Below, piece after piece: positions 8,054 to 18,004 of a stretch of 44,468 nt of DNA. The notes under the pieces are model-generated. The model worked only from the letters and a program-made list of their open reading frames with translations. It was not told where the DNA came from and ran no database searches. The stretch lies in NCBI GenBank assembly GCA_037129215.1, contig JBAXVH010000001.1:1-44468 (forward strand). The letters are read 5' to 3'. Each line of letters starts with the position of its first letter. Position 1 is the first letter of the stretch. The position numbers and the translations under genes were made by a program. The DNA comes from Bacteroidota bacterium. GTDB lineage: Bacteria > Bacteroidota > Bacteroidia > Chitinophagales > Chitinophagaceae.

Positions 8054-8360
8054 AGTTTTGGTGAAGTTAAAAAGAGTAAGTGAAGTAAAAGAAGTCACTT
8101 ATGGAGACCAAAAAATTATTGTTGAAGTAAAAACCAACAAGAAATTGAATGCAGAAAAACTTAGTACTCAAGAAGCTAGAATTGTAGCTTTAGGGCCTAC
8201 AGCTTTTAAAGCATTTGATGATGGGCACCCATGGTGTAAAGAAGGAGATCTTGTCATGATTTGTCGATATTCAGGTGATGATAGAACTGATATTGAAGAT
8301 GATGAAATCTATAGAATTATTAATGACGAAGATGTTCAAGCAATTTTTGTAGGAGAATGA
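8019..8360 (+). CDS. GroES/Cpn10-like co-chaperonin
   Basis: IKPAGHRVLVKLKRV resembles GroES IRPLHDRVIVKRKEV. QEARIVALGPT resembles RGEVLAVGNG. KEGDLVMICRYSG and EIYRIINDEDVQAIF resemble VKVGDIVIF..GYG and EVLIMSESDILAIV. The mobile-loop region is longer than in GroES. Confidence 0.7.
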   Translation: MLKRQIKPAGHRVLVKLKRVSEVKEVTYGDQKIIVEVKTNKKLNAEKLSTQEARIVALGPTAFKAFDDGHPWCKEGDLVMICRYSGDDRTDIEDDEIYRIINDEDVQAIFVGE

Positions 8361-8361
8361 T

Positions 8362-9171
8362 ATGTCAATAGAAGACGAAATTAAAACAGAACTAAAAGCT
8401 CAGGGTATTATTGAAGATAAAGAACAACATGAAGAAATTATAGAAGAACCTGTAGACCATTCTGGTAAAGATTATACAGCTTTTGAAAAAGAACAGATGG
8501 ATAAAGGTTGGAGTCCTGATGGTGTTAAATCAGCAGAAGAATATGCTCGCACAGAACCTCTATATGAAGAAATCAAAGCTCGTGGTAAACAATTAAAACA
8601 AATGCAGAAAGCTATTGATTCTTTAACAGAGCATATGACCAAACAAGAAAAATTAGCGTACAATAGAGCTTTAGATACATTACGAAAAGAAAAAGAAGAA
8701 GCTGTTTTAAGAGGTGACTTACAAACTGTTACACAAATTGAACATGAACAAGCAAAATTAACCGCAGTTCCAGCATCTATTCCTGAAGCTGATGCTTTCA
8801 CAGACAAATATGGACATATCTTTAAATCTCCTGGATTTGAAGAAATGGAAATTGCTGAATTCGTTAAACAACGTGATATTGATTTAATGTCTAGAAAATT
8901 ATCTCCAAAAGATCATATGCAAGCACTAGAAGAACATATGGTAAAACGATTCCCTAATTATTTTAATAAAAAAGAAGTCGTTAGTAGAGATAATTCTTAT
9001 GTTGAAATGGGGGATGGTGATAATGTAGCCAGAAAATCATCTAATAGAAAATATTCTTTTAATGATTTATCATATGAACAGAAGAAGGTAGCACAAGATT
9101 TTAAATCTCGTGGTATAATGACTGTAGAGAAATACATAAAAGATTTAGTTGACTTAGGTGAACTTAAATAA
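8362..9171 (+). CDS. Putative scaffolding protein
   Basis: 269-aa, highly charged and helical, located between portal and capsid genes. Call rests on position and composition only. Confidence 0.45.
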   Translation: MSIEDEIKTELKAQGIIEDKEQHEEIIEEPVDHSGKDYTAFEKEQMDKGWSPDGVKSAEEYARTEPLYEEIKARGKQLKQMQKAIDSLTEHMTKQEKLAYNRALDTLRKEKEEAVLRGDLQTVTQIEHEQAKLTAVPASIPEADAFTDKYGHIFKSPGFEEMEIAEFVKQRDIDLMSRKLSPKDHMQALEEHMVKRFPNYFNKKEVVSRDNSYVEMGDGDNVARKSSNRKYSFNDLSYEQKKVAQDFKSRGIMTVEKYIKDLVDLGELK

Positions 9172-9184
9172 TTTAGATGGAGTT

Positions 9185-9604
9185 ATGAGTATGACTAATA
9201 AACATTTAGACAGTAGTAAAAGGCCACAGAGAACGCCATTACATAAGCAGCGAGCATTAGCAGCCACTCATCGGGAAGGATGGGAAAGACGGTATGTTAA
9301 TGAAACTCCTGATAGAATTGAATCTTACATGCAAGCAGGTTGGACTCCAGTAATGGATAAAAATGCTAATAGTAGCGATGAAAGAGCTCAATCAGAATCT
9401 CAATTAGGCTCAGTAGTACGAAAAGTAGTGAATAAAGATATCAATGCTTCTTGTCGAACAGCAATTTTAATGGAGATTCCAAAAGAAATTTATGATGAAG
9501 ATCAAAAAGATAAACAAAAAGAAATTGATCGCGTCGAGGCTTCATATGACCCAAGTAAGTTTGCCCAATCCGGTGCAGATTATGGGGATATGGAGATTAA
9601 ATAA
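9185..9604 (+). CDS. Hypothetical head-module protein
   Basis: ATG at 9185 is preceded by gatggag. The track ORF starts at 9158, inside the upstream gene. Confidence 0.55.
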   Translation: MSMTNKHLDSSKRPQRTPLHKQRALAATHREGWERRYVNETPDRIESYMQAGWTPVMDKNANSSDERAQSESQLGSVVRKVVNKDINASCRTAILMEIPKEIYDEDQKDKQKEIDRVEASYDPSKFAQSGADYGDMEIK

Positions 9605-9624
9605 TTTATTAAAGGAAAAAACAA

Positions 9625-10209
9625 ATGGCAAATTTAAACGCGCCACGCGGTTTTGAACCTGTACGACACTCTGATGGTAAACCTTACACAGGCCAATGCA
9701 ATCGGTATTATAAAGATGCTACAGCCGGTATTATTGGCGTAGGCGATCCTGTAATTCGTGTTGTATCAAGTTCCGATCCCTACGGTGGCCCTGAAATCGT
9801 TCGTGCTACAACTGGCTCTGCTATTACTGGTGTTGTTATTGGTATTGAACCTGTCCTAGGAAATCTAAGTCAAGTAGGTTACTTAGCTGCTGCTGATATT
9901 GGTTATGTATTAGTTGCTGATGACCCAAACCTACTCTTTGAAGTACAAGAGGGTGGAGCAGGCACTGCACTAGCTGTTACAGATGTTGGTAAACATATTA
10001 ATAGCGTCACTGCATTAAATGCAGATACAACTATTGGTCGTTCTAAATATCAAATTGATAATAATGCTAAAGCTACAAACAACACCTGGATTATCGTAGG
10101 TCTTTCTCCAAAATCAGATAACGCTGTAGGAACATATGCTAAATGGTTAGTTAGACCCAACTTGCATACTGAAGTTAATGCTAGTGCTACCAATGTTACG
10201 GAGATATAA
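9625..10209 (+). CDS. Putative capsid-associated or decoration protein
   Basis: Strong RBS (aaaggaaaaaacaaATG), 194 aa, Gly/Val/Ala-rich and beta-type, immediately upstream of the capsid gene. Confidence 0.4.
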   Translation: MANLNAPRGFEPVRHSDGKPYTGQCNRYYKDATAGIIGVGDPVIRVVSSSDPYGGPEIVRATTGSAITGVVIGIEPVLGNLSQVGYLAAADIGYVLVADDPNLLFEVQEGGAGTALAVTDVGKHINSVTALNADTTIGRSKYQIDNNAKATNNTWIIVGLSPKSDNAVGTYAKWLVRPNLHTEVNASATNVTEI

Positions 10210-10212
10210 TAT

Positions 10213-11118
10213 ATGATAAATACAGGTGCGATTTCCAAGGCCTTGCGCCCTGGAGTAAATTCCTGGTTTGGTCTTGCTTATAATCAATATCCAGAAGAAT
10301 ATAAACAAATCTTCGATACAATGATGTCATCAATGAATTTTGAAGAAGATGTTAATGTTAATGGATTTGGTTTAGCAGCAGTAAAACCAGAAGGCATGGC
10401 TTTATCATATGATAGTATGCAACAAGGGTTCTTGAAACGCTATGTTCATGTTACTTATGCATTAGGTTATGTAATTTCTAGAGAAGCTATTGAAGATAAT
10501 CTCTATATTAAATTAGCTCAACAACGTTCTGAAGCTTTGGCTCGTTCTATGAAACAAACTAAAGAAAACGTTGCTGCTAATATTCTAAATAGAGCATTCA
10601 ATAGTTCTTATACTGGTGCTGATGCTTTAGAACTTTGTTCTACAGCTCATTTACTTTCTAAAGGCGGTACTTTCTCTAACAAGATTGCTACAGCTGCAGA
10701 TTTAAGTGAAGCATCTTTAGAACAAGCTCTTATTGATATCGCAGGTTTTGTTGATGATGCAAATCTTCGAATGAGTGCTCGCGGAATGAAATTAATTATT
10801 CCTCGCCAACTTCAATTTGAAGCTCAACGTATTCTTAAGAATATGGATCGTCCAGGAACTGCTGAAAGAGATATTAATGCTATGGTTAGCCTTGGTATGT
10901 TGCCAGGTGGTATTGTAATGAATCATTATCTAACTGACACTGATGCATTCTTTATTAAAACTGACGTAGCTGAAGGTCTAAAACATTTCTCTCGTAGAGC
11001 ACTAGAAATCAAAGATGATAGTGACTTCGATACTGAAAATGTTAAGTTCAAAGCTTCTGAAAGATTTTCTTTTGGATGGACTGATCCTCGCGGAATATAT
11101 GGAAGTCCTGGTGCTTAA
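10213..11118 (+). CDS. Major capsid protein (HK97-fold type inferred)
   Basis: 301 aa. Followed by a terminator hairpin, as expected for a highly expressed late gene. Sequence pattern (...LSEASLEQALIDIAGFVDDANLRMSARGMKLIIPRQLQFEAQRIL...) resembles major head subunits. Confidence 0.72.
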   Translation: MINTGAISKALRPGVNSWFGLAYNQYPEEYKQIFDTMMSSMNFEEDVNVNGFGLAAVKPEGMALSYDSMQQGFLKRYVHVTYALGYVISREAIEDNLYIKLAQQRSEALARSMKQTKENVAANILNRAFNSSYTGADALELCSTAHLLSKGGTFSNKIATAADLSEASLEQALIDIAGFVDDANLRMSARGMKLIIPRQLQFEAQRILKNMDRPGTAERDINAMVSLGMLPGGIVMNHYLTDTDAFFIKTDVAEGLKHFSRRALEIKDDSDFDTENVKFKASERFSFGWTDPRGIYGSPGA

Positions 11119-11124
11119 ATCAAC

Positions 11125-11155
11125 AGTCCAGAATTTAAAAACCTCTGGACTTTAT
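11125..11155 (+). terminator. Hairpin terminator after the capsid gene
   Basis: agtccaga (11125-11132) pairs with tctggact (11144-11151), an 8-bp stem, followed by tttat. Confidence 0.5.
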
Positions 11156-11185
11156 CCAATTATATGATAGTATTCGAATAAAGAA

Positions 11186-11194
11186 TGCTATAAT
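11186..11194 (+). promoter_or_regulatory. Possible extended -10 promoter element (TGcTATAAT) upstream of the tail genes
   Basis: Lies in the 183-bp intergenic gap. No good -35 was found. Confidence 0.3.
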
Positions 11195-11301
11195 ATACTT
11201 GAACGCAAAGAAATAGTTAGAATTGGCCTCTTTATGGGGCCAGCTCTTCTCAAGTTTAACAATTAATTATAGATAACTATAATAATGGAGAAATAAAATA
11301 T

Positions 11302-12267
11302 ATGCCAATTTCAAATTACCCACATGGATTTGCCAACGGCCTTACGGTACGTGGACTCCCTATTAATTTAGCTCATCCAGGGAAAGTATTCTTCTTAAAT
11401 AACTCCGCAGTAGTTGCCGATGGCGGTATTGGTGGTAGTGATGGTAATCTCGGAAGTTATCAAAAACCATTCAGCACATTAAGTGGTGCTATGGCCTCCT
11501 GTACAGCTAGTCGTGGTGATATCATCATGGTTATGCCTGGACATGCCGAAACAATTTCAAGTGCTACAGCTCTAACACTCAGTGTTGCTGGTGTTGCTAT
11601 TGTAGGTTTAGGTGTAGGGTCTCTAAGACCAACATTTACCCTAGATACAGCTAATACAGCTACTATTAATGTTACAGCAGCTAATATTTCAATTAGTAAC
11701 TGTCTATTTGTAGCTAATTTTTTAGCTATTGCAGCTTTATTCACTACAACTACAGCTAAAGGCTTCAGTTTAAATAATTGTGAATTTAGAGATACTTCAT
11801 CAGTTCTTAATTTTAAAGCTATTGTTGATACTAGTGCTACTTCCAATAATACTGATGGTTTAGCTATTATTGAATGTCAAATGAATGGTTTAGGCACTAC
11901 TTCTGGTTCATGTCTTGTAAAAATGAATGGAACTAATCGTGGTTTAACTATTAAAGACAGTATTGTTAAACATGCTGCTACAAGCACTGCAGGTTTAATG
12001 CCTATTGCCACAGGTAAAGTAGTTACAGATGTAGAGATTAGCAGAAATGTTATTAGTTTAGTTGGTGCTCAAGCAGCAACTACAGGTATTATTATTACTA
12101 CTGATGGAACTACTAATGCTGGTATTATCAGATATAATCTAATTACAAGTTTAGATGACACATCTGAAATCTTAGTAACAGCATCTTCTGGTTTCATGTT
12201 TATGGAAAATAAATACTCTAGTTCTGTTGCATTGTCTGGCTACCTACTACCAGGTGCTGATTCTTAA
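11302..12267 (+). CDS. Right-handed beta-helix repeat protein (tailspike- or depolymerase-like)
   Basis: Recurrent beta-helix rungs: ANISISNCLFVA, GFSLNNCEFRD, LAIIECQMNG, LTIKDSIVKH, VEISRNVISL, GIIRYNLITS. Confidence 0.55.
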   Translation: MPISNYPHGFANGLTVRGLPINLAHPGKVFFLNNSAVVADGGIGGSDGNLGSYQKPFSTLSGAMASCTASRGDIIMVMPGHAETISSATALTLSVAGVAIVGLGVGSLRPTFTLDTANTATINVTAANISISNCLFVANFLAIAALFTTTTAKGFSLNNCEFRDTSSVLNFKAIVDTSATSNNTDGLAIIECQMNGLGTTSGSCLVKMNGTNRGLTIKDSIVKHAATSTAGLMPIATGKVVTDVEISRNVISLVGAQAATTGIIITTDGTTNAGIIRYNLITSLDDTSEILVTASSGFMFMENKYSSSVALSGYLLPGADS

Positions 12268-12271
12268 TAAA

Positions 12272-12296
12272 AAGGGGGCGAAAGCCCCTTCTTACA
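12272..12296 (+). terminator. Rho-independent terminator (GGGGC-gaaa-GCCCC + TTCTT)
   Basis: GC stem with a GNRA tetraloop, 5 nt after the stop codon, followed by a T-rich run. Confidence 0.6.
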
Positions 12297-12328
12297 TTAT
12301 TATAAACAGCTAAAAGAGGAGATTTATT

Positions 12329-12736
12329 TTGGCTAATACAATAACAAACACTAGATTACTAGCTAATGAACAAAGAGTTATACAATATATTTGTATTGCG
12401 AGTGATGGAACTCAAGAAACAAACACAATAATTTATAATAGCAGTGCTGTAGCAACAGCTATCGGAATAGCGGACCCTTTAAAATCTACTATTATACGGG
12501 CAAGATATGTATCTAATGCTGCATTAGGTGTTGTAAATTTAGATTTTGACGCTTCTACAAAAGTCCTAGCCTTAGCAATGCCGTATAATGGTTACAGTAT
12601 GGATATGAATTTTAAAGATATAGGCGGATTAAAAAATACAGCCGGAACAGGAATTACAGGTAATATTCTATTAACTACTACTGGTTTAGCTTCAGGCAAT
12701 AAAATTACTTTAATATTAGAAGTTAGACCTAATTAA
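12329..12736 (+). CDS. Hypothetical virion protein (TTG start)
   Basis: GAGGAG RBS 7 nt upstream of the TTG. 135 aa, beta-rich. Confidence 0.55.
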   Translation: MANTITNTRLLANEQRVIQYICIASDGTQETNTIIYNSSAVATAIGIADPLKSTIIRARYVSNAALGVVNLDFDASTKVLALAMPYNGYSMDMNFKDIGGLKNTAGTGITGNILLTTTGLASGNKITLILEVRPN

Positions 12737-13395
12737 TGCCAATAGAAAGGAAAACTGGTCCAGGATATGCCTATATATTATGTGATGTATGTGGTAGAAA
12801 GATCAGACAAAAAGATGCAATATTAATAACTGATAGATATAATACTCAGTCGAATTTACTCGTCTGTAAAGATGATGCTGATAAAACTAATCCTCAGAAT
12901 ATTCCATTTTCTATTTCCGAATTAAATATTATTAATCCTAAATTAGTAAGAAGTGAAGCACCAGATACTAATATTGTAAATCCTTATGATAATAGAGTTC
13001 CGAGTGCTCCTCAATTAGCAATAGCTACTATACATCCTATTAATAGTACTATTATATTACAATGGCAAGGTCCGGTAAATGCTGGAAGTGGCCCAATTAT
13101 CGGGTATCAAATAACTCGGGCAAAACCACAACTAACTTTGGATGAGACTATTGAATCCAATACAAATATTAACTCAACATATTATGAAGATTTAACGGGA
13201 GATATTTCTGTAGATTATTCATATACAATAGCAGCTATTAATACATTTGGTATGGGGCCTTCTACTATTGCGTACTATCCAGTAAACCGGTCAGATACTG
13301 TTCTAGGCCCAACAGATAAATACTTAATAACATCACAAACTAGTTATACAATAACTAATGGTAGTGGTGCATACATATTAGCAGGGAATACATAA
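12736..13395 (+). CDS. Zinc-ribbon plus fibronectin type III-like domain protein (tail-associated)
   Basis: CDVCGRKI...CKDD ribbon at the N-terminus. PSAPQLAIATIHPINSTIILQWQGPVNAGSGPIIGYQITRA fits an FN3 pattern. Confidence 0.5.
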   Translation: MPIERKTGPGYAYILCDVCGRKIRQKDAILITDRYNTQSNLLVCKDDADKTNPQNIPFSISELNIINPKLVRSEAPDTNIVNPYDNRVPSAPQLAIATIHPINSTIILQWQGPVNAGSGPIIGYQITRAKPQLTLDETIESNTNINSTYYEDLTGDISVDYSYTIAAINTFGMGPSTIAYYPVNRSDTVLGPTDKYLITSQTSYTITNGSGAYILAGNT

Positions 13396-15008
13396 TGACA
13401 ACTACAGTTAAAGTACAGGATTTAACAGGTTTAGGAGTAATTACTGCCGGAGATAAATTAGTTGGTGAACGTGTAGCCGGTACAACTTCTCTTATAACTT
13501 ATTCTGATATTGGTAGTACAGCTCGAACTACTGTAGGCACTTTAACTACAGGAGTGTGGAATGCAACAACAATAGCACCTGGTTATGGTGGTACAGGTAT
13601 TGCTTCTTATAGTACTAATTCAATGTTATATGCTACAGGTGCTACAACCTTAACACAATTAACTGCTGTAGCTAATGCTGTTCTTTCTTATAACGGTTCT
13701 GGTGTACCTAGTGCTTCTACTACATTACCCTCTGGTTTAACAATTCCAGGTTACCAAGCCACGCTAACTCCTGCAGCCCTTACTAAAGTAGACGACACTA
13801 ATGTTACATTAACTCTTGGTGGAACACCTGCCACAGCTCTTTTACAAGCGTCATCTCTCACTCTAGGTTGGACAGGTCAATTAGGCCTAACTAGAGGCGG
13901 TACAGCAGCAAGTTTAACAGCATCTAATGGTGGGGTAGTCTATTCCACTGCAAGTGCCTTAGCGGTGCTCTCAGGAACTGCTACAGCTAATAAAATGCTG
14001 TTATCAGGATCAAGTACAACTCCTACATGGAGTACTTCTACAATACCAACTAGTGCTGGTGCAACAGCAAATAAATTATTATTATCTGACGGCACAAATT
14101 ATGTACTATCAACCCCCACTTTCCCTAATGCTTCAGCAACTTCTGGTAAAATGATTAAATCTGATGGTACTAATTGGACTGCTAGTACAGAAACTTATGC
14201 AGTGCCTGGTACTGCAGGTAATTTACTTCGTTCTGACGGCACTAATTGGACTGCTGCTAAAGCAACTTTAACTACTGATGTTACAGGAGTATTACCTGTT
14301 GCTAATGGCGGTACTGCTGGGTCAACGACTGATGCTGCTAAAATTGCTTTAGCAGTAATAAGTGCTACTACAGGTTCGGAGATTCTGCCTACTGGAACAA
14401 CAGCACAAAGAGACGGAAGTCCAGTAGCAGGGTATTTTAGGTTTAATACTACCAACACAGCGTTTGAAGGATATAATGGCTCAGCATGGACAAACTTTAA
14501 CGATTTTGTTTTAATATCGTCAGCCACCGCTTCATCATCCGCCACTATTGATTTCACCTCGATTAGCAATTCAGTATATGACTCCTATAGACTTGTTATA
14601 AGGGATTTTTTACCTGCAACAAACAGTGTAAATTTGTTACTTCGAACATCAGCTGCCGGCGTATTTAGATCAACAGCCGATTACTCGTACCAAAACTTGC
14701 GCTGGACAACGGCGGCTGTGGGTTTTGGTGGATCAGCGGCTGGGGCAACAGGAATTATATTAGATGCGACTGGTGATGCTATGGTAAACACCAATCCCGG
14801 TAGTTGGATAGTAGACTTTTTTAATTGCTCAAATACAACAAAATCAAAGAAATGTATAAGCCAAGGATATTACTATGGTGCTACTCTTCTTGGGACCGTT
14901 GGCGGTGGGCAAAGCGCCCCAACTACTGCAGTGGACGGATTTAGACTATTAATGAGTTCTGGAAACATCGCATCTGGGACAGTTTACCTTTATGGAGCAA
15001 AAGCATAA
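13395..15008 (+). CDS. Tail fibre protein 1
   Basis: Thr/Ser/Gly/Ala-rich repeats, GGTG/NGGTA motifs, GYFRFNTTNTAFEGYNGSAWTNF collar-like motif. The C-terminal domain is homologous to that of 18005..19288. Confidence 0.7.
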   Translation: MTTTVKVQDLTGLGVITAGDKLVGERVAGTTSLITYSDIGSTARTTVGTLTTGVWNATTIAPGYGGTGIASYSTNSMLYATGATTLTQLTAVANAVLSYNGSGVPSASTTLPSGLTIPGYQATLTPAALTKVDDTNVTLTLGGTPATALLQASSLTLGWTGQLGLTRGGTAASLTASNGGVVYSTASALAVLSGTATANKMLLSGSSTTPTWSTSTIPTSAGATANKLLLSDGTNYVLSTPTFPNASATSGKMIKSDGTNWTASTETYAVPGTAGNLLRSDGTNWTAAKATLTTDVTGVLPVANGGTAGSTTDAAKIALAVISATTGSEILPTGTTAQRDGSPVAGYFRFNTTNTAFEGYNGSAWTNFNDFVLISSATASSSATIDFTSISNSVYDSYRLVIRDFLPATNSVNLLLRTSAAGVFRSTADYSYQNLRWTTAAVGFGGSAAGATGIILDATGDAMVNTNPGSWIVDFFNCSNTTKSKKCISQGYYYGATLLGTVGGGQSAPTTAVDGFRLLMSSGNIASGTVYLYGAKA

Positions 15009-15235
15009 TGCTTACAAAAATAGTGGACGGAAAAACAGTGGTAATGTCCGATGAGGAAGAAACTAATATTAGACTGGAGTGGGCGTCCTATACGGGGCCA
15101 ACCTACGCAGAGCTTCGTGCAAAAGCCTATCCATCAATACCAGACCAGCTAGACACCATATTTCACGATGGTCTTGATGCGTGGAGAGCTGGAATACAGG
15201 CTATAAAAAATAAATATCCGAAGGTGATAGCATGA
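15008..15235 (+). CDS. Small protein downstream of fibre 1 (possible fibre assembly or chaperone protein)
   Basis: ATAATG overlap with the fibre stop. Shares the elevated GC of the fibre tip. The function is a guess from position. Confidence 0.35.
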   Translation: MLTKIVDGKTVVMSDEEETNIRLEWASYTGPTYAELRAKAYPSIPDQLDTIFHDGLDAWRAGIQAIKNKYPKVIA

Positions 15236-15269
15236 GTAACTCTAGTTGCTATAGATAAAGGAGAATAAA

Positions 15270-16232
15270 TTGGCTACTTCAGGAAGCACTAATTTTACAC
15301 AGACTAAAAGTGATGTTATTAATGACGCCTTTCAAAATATTGGTGTTTATGGCTTAGGTAGAACAATATCTTCTGAAGATTTTAATTTTGCTAGTAATAC
15401 ATTAAATAAAATGATTAAAGCTTGGGGTTCTCAAGGATTACATCTTTGGACACGAGAAGAAAATACATTATTTTTAACTAAAGATCAAGCTTCATATACA
15501 TTAGGCAGTACGGCTAATGCTTGTTTAGCTAGTGATGCAATCATTACTAGATTAAATGGGGTTTTAGCAGCAAGTGCCACATCTGTAACAGTAGATAGCA
15601 CAACAGGAATGACTGTAGGAGATTATATTGGAATAGTCCTTACAAGTACAGCTGTTCATTATACTACTATAGCCACTATACCAACTTCTACTACATTAAC
15701 ATTGACCTCTGGTATTACCACTGCAGCTTCTGATAATGCTGAGGTATATACCTTTACTACTAAAATTAGTAAGCCACTAAGAATTTTAGGTTGTAGAAGA
15801 GCACAAGGTATTGATAATGGTGCTACTACATCTCTTACAGAAGTAGAAATGGCAGAAATTTCTTATTACGATTATATGAATCTTCCTAGTAAAACTAATT
15901 CTGGTCTTCCTAATCAATTTGCTTATGATCCAACAAATACTACAGGTATATTATATGTGTGGCAACGCCCTACTAGTGGTATCTATAGATTAAACTTTAC
16001 CTCTGAAAGAATGATTGAAGATTTAGATGCAGTTGGTGATAATTTTGATTTTCCAAGTGAATGGCTTGAACCTATCACATGGCAATTATCATTAAGACTT
16101 TGCCCTGCTTTTGGTAAAGATCAAAAAATGATTAATAGTATTGCTCCTATAGCACAGAGTATGTTACAAAATTTATTAGATTGGGATAGTGAAGTTACTT
16201 CAGTATCTCTACAACCAGATATTGAGACTTAA
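15270..16232 (+). CDS. Virion protein (possible head-tail adaptor or tail component; TTG start)
   Basis: AAGGAG RBS 7 nt before the TTG. 320 aa. Confidence 0.4.
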   Translation: MATSGSTNFTQTKSDVINDAFQNIGVYGLGRTISSEDFNFASNTLNKMIKAWGSQGLHLWTREENTLFLTKDQASYTLGSTANACLASDAIITRLNGVLAASATSVTVDSTTGMTVGDYIGIVLTSTAVHYTTIATIPTSTTLTLTSGITTAASDNAEVYTFTTKISKPLRILGCRRAQGIDNGATTSLTEVEMAEISYYDYMNLPSKTNSGLPNQFAYDPTNTTGILYVWQRPTSGIYRLNFTSERMIEDLDAVGDNFDFPSEWLEPITWQLSLRLCPAFGKDQKMINSIAPIAQSMLQNLLDWDSEVTSVSLQPDIET

Positions 16233-16233
16233 T

Positions 16234-18003
16234 ATGGATCTAAGTATAAATGGTGGTTCATACGAACATTATTCACTTGCGACTAATAATCAACGGTGTA
16301 TAAATGCTTATATTACAAACCCCGGACCTGAAGGTAGAGGAAAAGCAACTCTTATTTCTAGAGTAGGTAAAAAATTAATGACTACTCTTACTGGTGTATC
16401 AACAATTAGAGAAATGATATTTCTTGATGATGTTCTTTATGTTGTAGCAAGTAATAAATTTTTTAAAGTGGTAATTGATTATACAGCACACACTGCATCT
16501 TTTACAGAATTAGGGACAATTAATAATTATTCAGGGCTGGTATCAATAGCAGCTAATCCATATCAAATTATTATTGTTAACGGGACAACATCTGGATGGT
16601 TATATTCCCCTTTAAATTATAATGCTGTCACAGTTGGACCTATTGGAGGTACAGGAGGAGATACATATACATTAACAATTAATGGAACTCCAATATATAC
16701 AGCATTTGCTGTAACTACTGCCCTAACTGTTGTAGCACTAATTACTAAAATCAATACACTGACAAGCACTACTAATATTACTGCAGCTAGCGGGGGTACA
16801 GGAATATTAACATTAACAGGAATTGATTCCACTCCTATAGTTATTACTGAGAGTGGAACAGGATTTACTGCAGGGACAGATGGTATCACTGTATCTACAG
16901 GCCCTTTTTCTACAGGAACAGCTAATGCTTTTGCTCAAATAATAGACCCTGATTTTCAAGGTGGAAGTTGTGTAGCATTTTTAGATGGTTATTTCTTTAT
17001 TGCTGTTCCAGATAGTAATAGATTTTATGCTAGTCAAATAAATGATGGTTCGGCATATGATGCATTAGACCTTGCTACAGCAGAAATTAATAATAGTCCT
17101 ATTGTATCTTTACAAGTTAAAAATAGACAATTATGGATATTTAAAAAAGATTACATAGAAGTATGGTATGATGCAGCTAATGCAACAGGAATGCCGTTAG
17201 CACCACGAATAGGCAGTGAACTATCTATTGGGTGTATTGCTCCTGCCTCAGTTATTAATATTGATAATACCTTATACTGGTTTGACAGTAGAAAATTTAT
17301 TGCCATGGCTGTTGATTCATCTGCAGTAACTTCACAAACTACAGGTAATGCTGCAGTATCAGTAAGCACAGATGCTTTGAATAATATTTTTTCTGAATAC
17401 GAAACAATTGAGGATGCTGTGGCTTGCGGTTATCAAGAACGTGGTCATTTAATGTATCAAATTACATTTCCAACAGAAAATAAAACATGGGTATATGATT
17501 TAACAACAAAAACTTGGCACGAACGAACATTTTATGATAGTACTTTTGATGTATATGATCCTGATTTGGCAGAAATGGCTGTAAGTAATAATGGATTAAC
17601 AGTTGTTGGAAATAGAAATTCTTCTAAGTTATATATTTCACACCCAAATTATTTTAATGATGCGGGCACAGATATTTATTGTGTAAGATCAACGGCTCAA
17701 ATTAATCAAGATTTTAAATATTTTGGTATTGATATGTTAGAATTATGTTGTACCACAGGATTAGCTAATTCCTCAGGAAGTGGATCAGATCCTATGATTA
17801 GTATGAGATATTCGAATGATGGTGGATATACTTGGAGTAATGAGCAAATGCGGTCATTAGGACAAATTGGTGAATATGGAAAAAGAATTATTTGGAATAG
17901 ACTTGGGTCATCAGCGAATTGGATATTTGAATTTACAATTGTTGCTCCAATTAAGTGGTCTATTGTTAGTGGAAGCATAAATATTACAGAAATAGAGGTA
18001 TAA
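16234..18003 (+). CDS. Large beta-rich tail hub or 'DNA stabilisation'-type protein (P22 gp10-like role inferred)
   Basis: ATG at 16234 lies 1 nt after the upstream stop (track start 16189 is inside the previous gene). About 590 aa and beta-propeller-like. Assignment rests on size, position and general resemblance only. Confidence 0.4.
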   Translation: MDLSINGGSYEHYSLATNNQRCINAYITNPGPEGRGKATLISRVGKKLMTTLTGVSTIREMIFLDDVLYVVASNKFFKVVIDYTAHTASFTELGTINNYSGLVSIAANPYQIIIVNGTTSGWLYSPLNYNAVTVGPIGGTGGDTYTLTINGTPIYTAFAVTTALTVVALITKINTLTSTTNITAASGGTGILTLTGIDSTPIVITESGTGFTAGTDGITVSTGPFSTGTANAFAQIIDPDFQGGSCVAFLDGYFFIAVPDSNRFYASQINDGSAYDALDLATAEINNSPIVSLQVKNRQLWIFKKDYIEVWYDAANATGMPLAPRIGSELSIGCIAPASVINIDNTLYWFDSRKFIAMAVDSSAVTSQTTGNAAVSVSTDALNNIFSEYETIEDAVACGYQERGHLMYQITFPTENKTWVYDLTTKTWHERTFYDSTFDVYDPDLAEMAVSNNGLTVVGNRNSSKLYISHPNYFNDAGTDIYCVRSTAQINQDFKYFGIDMLELCCTTGLANSSGSGSDPMISMRYSNDGGYTWSNEQMRSLGQIGEYGKRIIWNRLGSSANWIFEFTIVAPIKWSIVSGSINITEIEV

Positions 18004-18004
18004 C

